A DNA stretch of 64,000 nucleotides from Pseudobdellovibrionaceae bacterium (GTDB lineage: Bacteria; Bdellovibrionota; Bdellovibrionia; Bdellovibrionales; UBA1609): the NCBI GenBank assembly GCA_947444305.1, contig CANEZP010000013.1, forward strand, positions 65,375 through 129,374, written 5' to 3'. Each line of letters starts with the position of its first letter. Within the stretch, counting starts at the first letter, position 1. A program made the translations under genes and the position numbers. The notes below the pieces were generated by a model. That model worked only from the letters and a program-made list of their open reading frames with translations. It did no database searches and was not told the origin of the DNA. Below, piece by piece: positions 1 to 8,405 of this stretch.

Positions 1-2
1 CG

Positions 3-206
3 GGCACGCAATCCGTCTTCGCTCGTAAATTTTTACCTGTGCTTAATCTTCCCGAGTTAAGTTTGCGCGTACCGCTCGCGGTGGGGCCGCAGTACTATTC
101 GATTCTCCGGGTGGAGAACGTGGCGTACAAACCGTTTTCTGAATTCGAAACGGAACGACAAAAGCCATGGGACTCGCGCCGTCTTGACCACCAATCGAAG
201 CCGTGA
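3..206 (+). CDS. C-terminal fragment (67 codons) of an unidentified protein whose gene starts upstream of the window
   Basis: Frame 3 is open from the window edge to TGA at 204-206. It is missing from the ORF track only because it has no start. No motif recognised. Confidence 0.3.
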   Translation, partial: GTQSVFARKFLPVLNLPELSLRVPLAVGPQYYSILRVENVAYKPFSEFETERQKPWDSRRLDHQSKP

Positions 207-218
207 GGATAATGGGCC

Positions 219-1148
219 ATGGCGCACGGCTCAGGACACCACCATCATCATCACCACAGTCATGGTCACCATTCCCACGGATCGGGTGACAGCGCGACCC
301 GCAACATCGGCGTCGCGTTTTGGCTTAATCTTTCCTTCGCGGTCATCGAATTGGCCGGCGGGCTTTACACACAAAGCTTAGCGGTATTATCCGACGCGCT
401 CCATGACTTCGGCGACGCGATTTCGCTCGGCATGGGCTACTTTCTGCAACGTAAATCGAGCGAAGGCCCCTCCGAACACTACTCGTACGGCAAACGCCGT
501 TTCTCGCTTTTGTCGGCCTGCATTTCGGGCATGGTCATTTCCGGCGGCGCCATTTTTATTTTGATTGAAAGTATCTCCGGCTTCAACGATCCACGCGAGC
601 CCAACGGCGTCGGCATGTTCGGCCTGGCGATCTTCGGCATCGCGGTCAACGGTTTCGCGGCCTGGCGCCTCGGCCATGGGCATACGCACAACGAGAAGAT
701 GCTGAAATGGCATTTACTCGAAGACGTTTTAGGCTGGGTCGCGGTTCTCATCGGTAGCGGGCTGATCTACTTTTTCGGATGGGTTTGGATTGATCCGTTG
801 TTGGCGATCGGCATTTCGCTTTTTGTTTTGTACAACGTCGTTCGCCACCTTATCGAAACCGTAAATCTGTTCTTACAAGCGAACCCTGATCCCGAAGGCT
901 TACGCACGTTCCGTCTGCAGGCCGAGGGCATCACCGGCGTTTCGGGAATTCACGATCTGCACTTCTGGAGCTTGGACGGCGTTCGTCACATCCTTTCGCT
1001 CCACGCGGTACTCATCGATCTTGGCCAAGCCGAGATGGTGAAGGAGCAGATTCGTTTGTTCAGCAAAACTTTGGGTGACTGCCACGTGACCGTCGAGGTC
1101 GAAGGCCCCGGCGAACACTGCCATGACGATTGTGAAGAGCAAAAATAA
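219..1148 (+). CDS. Cation diffusion facilitator (CDF) family divalent-metal efflux transporter (CzcD/ZitB-like) with His-rich N-terminus
   Basis: 309 aa. N-terminal HGSGHHHHHHHSHGHHSHG tract, multiple TM segments, CDF-like SDALHDFGD and HLLEDVLGW motifs, and a C-terminal cytoplasmic domain (HDLHFWSL). Confidence 0.9.
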   Translation: MAHGSGHHHHHHHSHGHHSHGSGDSATRNIGVAFWLNLSFAVIELAGGLYTQSLAVLSDALHDFGDAISLGMGYFLQRKSSEGPSEHYSYGKRRFSLLSACISGMVISGGAIFILIESISGFNDPREPNGVGMFGLAIFGIAVNGFAAWRLGHGHTHNEKMLKWHLLEDVLGWVAVLIGSGLIYFFGWVWIDPLLAIGISLFVLYNVVRHLIETVNLFLQANPDPEGLRTFRLQAEGITGVSGIHDLHFWSLDGVRHILSLHAVLIDLGQAEMVKEQIRLFSKTLGDCHVTVEVEGPGEHCHDDCEEQK

Positions 1149-2398
1149 TGATGTTCGTTTATCGTGTCCTTGTCGCGCCCCTCTTCATGCTCGCCCTGCC
1201 CGTAGCGGCGATTTTTAATAAAAAAATTAGCGCGGGCCTCAAGATGCGCCGACAAAGCCGGCAATACCCGGAGTTAAGCCAACGCCCCGTATGGATCCAC
1301 GCTTCGAGCGGTGAATTCGAGTACGCAAAATCTTTGATCCGCGAACTAAAAAACCGTTTGCCGATGGTGCCCGTGGTGGTGACCTACTTCTCGCCAACTT
1401 ACGCCAATAACGTTCACAACTTCCCGGGCGTCGATTTCGCGATGCCGCTGCCGCTCGACCTGCCGGGCCCCGTGACTTCCTTTTTGAAACGCGTGAATCC
1501 GCGCGCTCTGCTGCTCTCACGCACCGACTTCTGGCCCGAGCTTTTAACGCAAACGAGACGACGCCAAATTCCCGTCCAGGTTTTTTCGTACACGCAAAAG
1601 TCGCCGGAACAGATGTCTTGGCTAACGAAGCTCGCCGCCCAATGGCGTTTAAAACTCGTGGATCAAATCCACTGCGTCAGTGAAGAAGACAAACGCAACG
1701 TCGAAGCGCTCTCGGTGAAAACTCCCGTACGCGTCCTCGGGGACACCCGTTACGATCAAGTGCGCTTCCGGCTCGATCACCCGAAAGAGTTGCCCGCTTC
1801 GCTCAAGCCCAGGCCCGGCATTCCGTGTTTGGTCGCCGGCAGCACGTGGCCCGAAGATGAGCAGGTTTTATTGCCCGCGATCAAACCGTTATTAGCCGCG
1901 GGACGCTTGCAGCTGATCATGGCGCCTCACGAGCCGACCGAAAAACATATCGGTGAATTGAAACAGCAGATGCTCGCGCACGGGATCAACTTCACTCTTT
2001 TCTCGAGCGGTCATTCTTGGCACGAATCGCAAGTGCTCTTGATCGATCAAGTGGGTTGGCTGGCGGAGCTGTACGCCTGGGGCGACATGGCCTTCATCGG
2101 TGGATCTTTTAAGAAGACCGTACATTCGGTAATGGAAGCGCTTGGCGCCGGACTTAAAACTTTCGTCGGGCCCTTGCACACGAACAATCGTGAAGCCATT
2201 GAATTCCAGAGCGTGAAGGTCGCGGGCGTCGCCGCGGTGACGGAAGTTCGTAACAGCGAGCAGTGGCGTGAAGAGCTCGGTAAGTATGACCTCACCGAGC
2301 TGCGCGCGTTTAAAGAAGAATTCTCTAAAGAATTTGCGGCGCGCTTAGGCGCCACTCAGAAATTAGTCGACCTGGTTTCGGGCACGCTGCAGGTCTGA
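1148..2398 (+). CDS. waaA: 3-deoxy-D-manno-octulosonic acid (Kdo) transferase
   Basis: 416 aa with an N-terminal membrane anchor. WIHASSGEFEYAKSLIRELK matches the H-x-S-x-GE region of WaaA/KdtA. FIGGSF...MEALGAG...GP matches the C-terminal GGS...PLEAA...GP region. The ATG overlaps the CDF stop. Confidence 0.85.
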   Translation: MMFVYRVLVAPLFMLALPVAAIFNKKISAGLKMRRQSRQYPELSQRPVWIHASSGEFEYAKSLIRELKNRLPMVPVVVTYFSPTYANNVHNFPGVDFAMPLPLDLPGPVTSFLKRVNPRALLLSRTDFWPELLTQTRRRQIPVQVFSYTQKSPEQMSWLTKLAAQWRLKLVDQIHCVSEEDKRNVEALSVKTPVRVLGDTRYDQVRFRLDHPKELPASLKPRPGIPCLVAGSTWPEDEQVLLPAIKPLLAAGRLQLIMAPHEPTEKHIGELKQQMLAHGINFTLFSSGHSWHESQVLLIDQVGWLAELYAWGDMAFIGGSFKKTVHSVMEALGAGLKTFVGPLHTNNREAIEFQSVKVAGVAAVTEVRNSEQWREELGKYDLTELRAFKEEFSKEFAARLGATQKLVDLVSGTLQV

Positions 2399-5300
2399 GC
2401 GTTTCTCTTTCGATTTCACTTCGAAGTTCATATCCATATCGACCTTCGTCATCTCGAGAGGAAATTGCGTTAAGCCTTCTTCCTCTTCCAAGACGGTGTA
2501 AAAGCCGGGAAACGAAGGCACGATGCGCTTGTAGGTGTCGCGCATGTGCGCGAGCGGCCAATCGATCGTTCGCTCTTTGGGCGTAACCATGTTCTTGGTC
2601 ATTTCCCAGAACGAGATGCCTTCTTGCTTACGAATCAAACCGATGAAGCTGCCGAAATCGCGGTAACCACGCAGGGCCAGAAGCCACGGGTGGTTATAAA
2701 GATCCGCCTGATCCAGCATATCGCCTTCGGTAAAGTGCTGCGTGAAGTAGAAGTACATCTCGTCCACGTAGCGCGGTTGGGTCACGTGGCGTCCCTCGCA
2801 AACGAACATCGAACGAGCCGTTCCGTGTACCTTAGGTTCATAGGCAATCACGCCGTAGAGATCGAGGGATCGCAGGAATTCTGGCGTGAAACTCATCGCG
2901 TAGCAACGTTCGTACTCGTCCAAACGCACGCGGAATTTCGCGATCTGCGCGACGAGGTAAGTCGACTCACTGATCGAAGTTCCGTCCCCGCGCGAAGTGG
3001 CCGTGCTCCAGCCGGCTTTGATCGACAACGGCTTGATGAATGAAGTTAGCGGGGCAATGACTTCGGAAGCTTTCGACAGCGCACCCGCTCCCGTTGCGGC
3101 TAAGGCGCTGCCCGGTGAAGCATTGGCCAAGCGGCCCAGAGAACCCGAAACTCCGCCCGCGGCACCGATGAAGTCGGTGCCTTCGAGACCCACGCCCAAT
3201 GAATAGCCCGTCGAGCGGCCAACCGAAAAGGATTGACCGACGTTGATGTTCATTTGGTAGCCGCCCAAGAAAACGTACGAGTCATCGGCATCGCCCGTTC
3301 TAAAAACGCGAAGCTTCTGATCGAAGAAAACCGGACTTTGATTATTGGCCAAACATTTCGCTAATATTTCGCGCGAGAGCTGCCCGGTGTCTTTTATATA
3401 AGGAACACCGGTAGCGCTAAACGAGCCTACCTGAGCGTTATTAGCCGCAAGCGATTGTGAGAAGTTGGCCGTCACCAGCGAACACGCGGCGTAGCGACGC
3501 GCGTTTTCGTTCTTCGGTACGAACAAAGCGCGCTGGAGATCGCGGACATCCCACTCGGTGGCCTTGACGTCGCGAACCCCGGTCACCCAGGCTTTAATGT
3601 CCGAAACCAATCCACCGGTCAGTGCTAAATTTGAGTTTACCCATGAAAGAGCGCGATCTACCGGCACCCACCGATCGGTGGTTTCCGTCATGCAGGACAC
3701 GAGGTTATTTCCACAACGGGCAAACGTTGCCGAATCGAATTCAACGGCTTTGGGTTTCTCGTCGGCGAGCGAAAGGAAGTTCATCGAATACGCTTGCGCG
3801 TAATTGTAGACCGAGCCGACGGCCGGGATGTTGGTCTTGTAGATGTAGCGATATTTGTCTTCGCGCTCGATCAGGCTATCGACGTGTGCATAGCACAAGT
3901 GCCGAAGCGAACCGAAGTACTCGCTAAATTTGTAAAGCGTATTTTCGCGCGTTTTCGAAGCGAGCTGCTCGGACTTGCTGAAAAGTTCGCGGCGGTAATC
4001 GTCCATCGCCCGTTCACGATCGTCTTCGAACTGAACTTTTTGGTCGCACTTTGCTTCATCTAAGTTGTCGGTCGCGCGAACGGAGTCTTTGTAACCGTTC
4101 GATAAGAAGATGACCGGACCGACGAAGGTACGCCGCGCGAGACCGGGGCCTTTCTCGGTGATGTCGTCGGGTGAATCGCCTTGTTCCACGAAGTGATCGC
4201 AGTCGATTTCCGAACACGGCGGAAGTTTGATCGTCGTAAAATCATTGGTCGCGAGATTATCCGAAAGCGCCGTCTTGTTCACGTCGAGCAATTCTTGGAT
4301 TTCTTTGCCGAAAGACAAGATCTGTTCTTCGCTGATCGATACGGGCTCCATGCTTACGCCCGAAGCGTTGCCCTGCTTCAATTGTGAAGAAAGCAGCGAG
4401 AATAACGTACGCGTCTTCTCGCGGCGATTTTCGATCAACTTATCGGTGCGAGCGTCTTCTTCCGCCCGGATTTTATTCTGATCGTATTCAGAAACCTTCG
4501 AAGTTCCCAAGAGCGCGTTTCGCTCTTTGCGTTCTTTAGCGAGATTATCGAGGTAGCCGCCAAAGTTACCGCGCAGTACGTTCTCGACCTGTAACTGATG
4601 TTCGTCGACCGGCTGCAATTCGATCAAGAAGTTCGAGCGAACCCGCATCATTCGCAAATCTTGCATCGTGAATTCTACGGGCTGAATGATCACGCCGTCG
4701 GTTGAACGTACCAAAGCGGTTTGCGTGCTAATGAATTCACGCTGGGGAACGTCGATGCCCAACCGGCGAAGACGCGTACGCGCGTTCTTCGAATCCGAAG
4801 CCATCCCGTCGACCGTAACACCTTTTTGCTGCTCACCGGGCACGGGTAAAGTCTTTTGACCGGCGACCACTTCGGCGCTGTTGTCGGACTGCGCCTCTTT
4901 TAGCGCGTCGATGTGGATACCGACCTGCGCGGGATCCAGATAATTTTTCTGGATTCCGACCTTCATGAGCCAGATCCCATCCCGCAAGGGTTCGGTCAGT
5001 TTACGGGCGTTGATGATGCCTGAGTAACGAAGTACGCGCGGATCCAACTCCATGAGAACGGTCTTACGGACCTCGAGCGCCATGAGCGAGTCGATATTGT
5101 ATTGGAAACGCACGGTGTGATAGCCAAAATCCGCCAAGAAAAACCGGCTCGGAATTTTCTTACGGCCTAACAACTGTTTCCAAAAATCAGGCTGAAATTC
5201 GCGTTCGTCGAAGCCGAAGGTGAACTTGTCGTCCCACGGATTGATGTAGAAACGCAAATCCCGCGCGAAGCCGCTGGCTTTGGCAATCGTCACGTTTCGC

Positions 5301-6781
5301 TCTAAGAATTTTTCAGGCTGGTAGTATTTGTGGAATATCGAGGAGCTCCAGCGCAAGCAACCGTCTTCGCCCGTCTTCTGGTCCTTGATCACTTCGCCGG
5401 TTTCTTTATAGCTGATCTGGAACGGTAAACCGACCGGGCGCTCGCCCGTAAATGCGTCGGTGATGCAAGTCGATGCCGTGTAGGTAACGGTTCTTTGCGT
5501 CGTCGTTTCTCCCGGTTCTACTTGAGCGAAACGTAAATTCATACGGTCGAAGAGATAAGGCGAATTGTCTGAGCCGTACTGATTCTTGCGCATTTCATCG
5601 AAATTCGCAGAACCTTTTAAGTACGAAGCGATATCGCAAGGCCCGTCCTCACGGCAGTTCTTATTGAGATCACCGGAAAAAGTGGACGATAAGTTGCGGA
5701 AGGTACCAAGCTCGTAAATCCCCTCGGCCGACGAAAGGCCGCGGATGCCCTTAGGGATAACTTTAAGTACGAGCTCGAGATTCCCCTGCGGCATGCGATC
5801 GCGAACCCACGTACTTACGTGAGCGATCAGCTTACCGTCGACGACGCGGCCGGTACCGATGATGCCGAGGTCAGCGACTTTTTTCTGCTCTTCCGAGGTC
5901 TCCCCGCTCGAGGTCAGGATCAACCGCTGATTCAATTTCGGACCGGTATTGTTCAAGACGAGGTGAGCAATGACGTAAAAGTCACCATCGCGAACTTCGC
6001 GGTAGGCCGGCATTCCTTCTTGGTTTTCGAAACGGATCTTGGGCGTCATGCTGATGTTCATGCGGAAGAGCATGCCCGTTTTTTCTTCACCGCTGCGGAT
6101 CGTTTGGATGCTGACGTCACCGATGTAGAGCTTATCCTGACCGAAGGCTTCGCCCGACAAAGCGGAATCGGCTTGCGCGGGCGGCAACACGAGACTCGGA
6201 TGCAAAGGCTTATCACGGAGGAAGCGGAACTCATCGCCCGAATCACGCGCGTGGGTACCGACGGCCCATGGATTCAGCGCGACCTTTACGCGTTGACGGC
6301 CGCTATGAACGCCCGTCCCGACGATGTCGCGCTCAACCGTCACCCACTTGCTACGTTTGACGTAGTAAGTGAACGGTAGGGACTCGTGCCAGCTAAAACA
6401 GCCGTCACCCGTCGACGCCGGGATGTCTTGGATACGCGCGCGCGTTTCGGGAATTTCGATCGCGAATTGGTGGCCGATCGCGGCCGAGCGGGTCGAGCGA
6501 TCCTCGATGCAAGCGGTAAAACGGAAGCTCACGTCGCGCGGGATACGCCAAACCGAGGCGTACATAAGGTTCGTCGTAGGATCTTTCGCGGTCGTCGGAA
6601 CTTGCAAGATCTGGCCGTCGCCGATGAGACTTCGAACACGGAAGGTCGCCGAACCTTCGGCACCCTGGTTGCCGTTCACGCCGTCGGGTTTAGAGTCGGG
6701 CCGCGTACACGCGGTCAGCCCGATGAACAGCGAACAAACGATGAGTAATGCGGTTTTTGATGTTTGATTAAAACGGCGCAT
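2363..6781 (-). CDS. Very large (about 1470 aa) predicted lipoprotein of unknown function (module 3 partner)
   Basis: ORF 2363-6976 trimmed to the internal ATG at 6781 (MRRFNQTSKTALLIVCSLFIGLTAC, a signal peptide plus lipobox). This ATG lies 14 nt inside the upstream barrel gene. The protein has two copies of a ~90-aa Cys-containing domain and a Gly/Ser/Ala-rich stretch near the C-terminus. No family recognised. Confidence 0.75.
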   Translation of the reverse strand: MRRFNQTSKTALLIVCSLFIGLTACTRPDSKPDGVNGNQGAEGSATFRVRSLIGDGQILQVPTTAKDPTTNLMYASVWRIPRDVSFRFTACIEDRSTRSAAIGHQFAIEIPETRARIQDIPASTGDGCFSWHESLPFTYYVKRSKWVTVERDIVGTGVHSGRQRVKVALNPWAVGTHARDSGDEFRFLRDKPLHPSLVLPPAQADSALSGEAFGQDKLYIGDVSIQTIRSGEEKTGMLFRMNISMTPKIRFENQEGMPAYREVRDGDFYVIAHLVLNNTGPKLNQRLILTSSGETSEEQKKVADLGIIGTGRVVDGKLIAHVSTWVRDRMPQGNLELVLKVIPKGIRGLSSAEGIYELGTFRNLSSTFSGDLNKNCREDGPCDIASYLKGSANFDEMRKNQYGSDNSPYLFDRMNLRFAQVEPGETTTQRTVTYTASTCITDAFTGERPVGLPFQISYKETGEVIKDQKTGEDGCLRWSSSIFHKYYQPEKFLERNVTIAKASGFARDLRFYINPWDDKFTFGFDEREFQPDFWKQLLGRKKIPSRFFLADFGYHTVRFQYNIDSLMALEVRKTVLMELDPRVLRYSGIINARKLTEPLRDGIWLMKVGIQKNYLDPAQVGIHIDALKEAQSDNSAEVVAGQKTLPVPGEQQKGVTVDGMASDSKNARTRLRRLGIDVPQREFISTQTALVRSTDGVIIQPVEFTMQDLRMMRVRSNFLIELQPVDEHQLQVENVLRGNFGGYLDNLAKERKERNALLGTSKVSEYDQNKIRAEEDARTDKLIENRREKTRTLFSLLSSQLKQGNASGVSMEPVSISEEQILSFGKEIQELLDVNKTALSDNLATNDFTTIKLPPCSEIDCDHFVEQGDSPDDITEKGPGLARRTFVGPVIFLSNGYKDSVRATDNLDEAKCDQKVQFEDDRERAMDDYRRELFSKSEQLASKTRENTLYKFSEYFGSLRHLCYAHVDSLIEREDKYRYIYKTNIPAVGSVYNYAQAYSMNFLSLADEKPKAVEFDSATFARCGNNLVSCMTETTDRWVPVDRALSWVNSNLALTGGLVSDIKAWVTGVRDVKATEWDVRDLQRALFVPKNENARRYAACSLVTANFSQSLAANNAQVGSFSATGVPYIKDTGQLSREILAKCLANNQSPVFFDQKLRVFRTGDADDSYVFLGGYQMNINVGQSFSVGRSTGYSLGVGLEGTDFIGAAGGVSGSLGRLANASPGSALAATGAGALSKASEVIAPLTSFIKPLSIKAGWSTATSRGDGTSISESTYLVAQIAKFRVRLDEYERCYAMSFTPEFLRSLDLYGVIAYEPKVHGTARSMFVCEGRHVTQPRYVDEMYFYFTQHFTEGDMLDQADLYNHPWLLALRGYRDFGSFIGLIRKQEGISFWEMTKNMVTPKERTIDWPLAHMRDTYKRIVPSFPGFYTVLEEEEGLTQFPLEMTKVDMDMNFEVKSKEKRSDLQRARNQVD

Positions 6782-7916
6782 AATCAGTCTCCACCCCAAC
6801 GTATATAATAGATAAATCGCGCTGATTGGGATCGCGGTTGATTGGTTCGGCCTGGTAATTTTCGGCGTAAATCGAGAAGCCTTCTTTTTTGAAATGCACA
6901 TTGGCCTCGATGTTGTAACCGGTACGATTGGTGTTTCCGAATTTAGATTTACTGTACGCCGCGACCGTCGAATCACTTTCGGTAAAGAACGGACGCACGC
7001 GGAGATCGACGACGATATCGCCGAAGATCATCTTAGGTCCGATGCCGACCAACTGGGCATCGGCCGAATCGCCCGGTGCCTTCATGTTGTGAACACGTTC
7101 GTATTCGATGATCCCGCTGATCCACGATCCGGTGCAGAGACAGAGGCTTCCGGCGGCGTACCAACCTTGATGATCGTAAAGAAACCGGCTGCCGGCGATA
7201 TTCTCGCCCACGCCGACGTTACCGACCAAGCGGCTGTCACTGACGACTTTGTCGGGAATATTAGACCAATCGTAGAGTCCGACGCCGGCCTTCCATTCGA
7301 TCAATCCGAAGTTCTTGTCGGAGAGCTGTAAGGTCTGCGTGCTGAAAGTCGGCATCTTCTCTTGCGTGGCCCGTTCGGTATTTAAAGAGTGTGAAGTAGG
7401 AATGACTTGTTGAACGATCAAGCGTGCGTTGAAATCACCCGTTCCGTACTTCGCGATCGCTTGCGCGCCGGGGAACGAGCGCTGTCCCGAGATCAAAAGA
7501 CTCGTGCCGTGAAAACCTTGATTTATGGCCCCCGCGCGCAGCTCGCCGAACTTTACCGGTTCGAGCGCGACGTAACCGTCGTACATCCAAAGCCGGCTCT
7601 CTTCGCCGGAATCGGAATAACGTTCTTGAACGCGTGAGGAAAAAACACTGGCGCGCGGTTCAAGTCGTGCGCGCAACCAAGGTGCGAATTTGTAATCGAG
7701 ATTAAAGCCCGCGTAGAAGAAAGCGGCGGCTTCGTTGTCTTTGCCGTGGACGAGCGAAATCCCGCCCATAGAAAGGTTCCATTCGCCTTCGAGCTTGCGC
7801 GGCGGGAGCTCGGCACTCTTGAGCGTTGACGACGCCGAGTTCTGCCCGAACGCGGGCAAAGAAAAGGCGATCAATACGCTGAAAAGCATTTTGCTAAACT
7901 TGGACCCCACTAACAT
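6768..7916 (-). CDS. Predicted outer-membrane beta-barrel protein (module 3 barrel)
   Basis: 382 aa. Sec signal peptide MLVGSKFSKMLFSVLIAFSLPAFGQ, alternating beta-strand-like sequence, C-terminal ...GVETDYAPF (terminal Phe typical of OMPs). AGGA-type RBS upstream. Confidence 0.7.
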   Translation of the reverse strand: MLVGSKFSKMLFSVLIAFSLPAFGQNSASSTLKSAELPPRKLEGEWNLSMGGISLVHGKDNEAAAFFYAGFNLDYKFAPWLRARLEPRASVFSSRVQERYSDSGEESRLWMYDGYVALEPVKFGELRAGAINQGFHGTSLLISGQRSFPGAQAIAKYGTGDFNARLIVQQVIPTSHSLNTERATQEKMPTFSTQTLQLSDKNFGLIEWKAGVGLYDWSNIPDKVVSDSRLVGNVGVGENIAGSRFLYDHQGWYAAGSLCLCTGSWISGIIEYERVHNMKAPGDSADAQLVGIGPKMIFGDIVVDLRVRPFFTESDSTVAAYSKSKFGNTNRTGYNIEANVHFKKEGFSIYAENYQAEPINRDPNQRDLSIIYVGVETDYAPF

Positions 7917-8405
7917 TCCATCCTATTCAAGGCTTTGTCGTTAGAACCGGTTAAGTACAATTTCTATTCCAAATCGCAGACTTATCGCCGCGTGTTCAAA
8001 AATCGTTAAATTGAGCTTTGCATCGCTTATACGCATCGTGGGCACCTCAGCGCAATGGGATTTCCGTCAAGATTTGGATCGATTGTGATAACGCATGAAA
8101 TTTTTTACCGACTTGCGCGAAGTTTGATCAGGCGCACGCCGACCCCCTCATAAACGCAGGGTGGGACCACCGGAGCTGTTGCAAGAACTACCCGTTGCCA
8201 TTTTGGGTGCGTCCAAACCAGGCGGTCCGGAGGCAACCCGAACCGGGCCTCCCAGAACATTTTTTAAATACTTTTAATTTATATGCCGCCGAAGCGAGTC
8301 TTTCGTAGGTATCTAATGGGCTTACCTACACGGTAAGGACACAACGCGCATGGACTTCAGCGGCGCCGATTTGTACAAATGGAGTCAAATCATCCAGGAG
8401 CGAAC

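Noticed and set aside
8081-8100. Fur/Zur-box-like sequence gattgtgataacgcatgaaa in the divergent promoter region
   Set aside because: It matches only about 11 of 19 positions of the GATAATGATAATCATTATC consensus and has poor dyad symmetry. That is too weak to call.
8158-8266. Possible SRP (4.5S) RNA or ZTP riboswitch, suggested by ACCAGGCGGTCCGGAGG and by CCGCCTGG on the minus strand
   Set aside because: The conserved SRP helix-8 sequence (GGAAGCAGCC on the 3' side of the tetraloop) is absent, and the two sides of the putative hairpin are very unequal in length. For ZTP the sub-domains would be in the wrong order. The region is kept only as an unclassified structured element.
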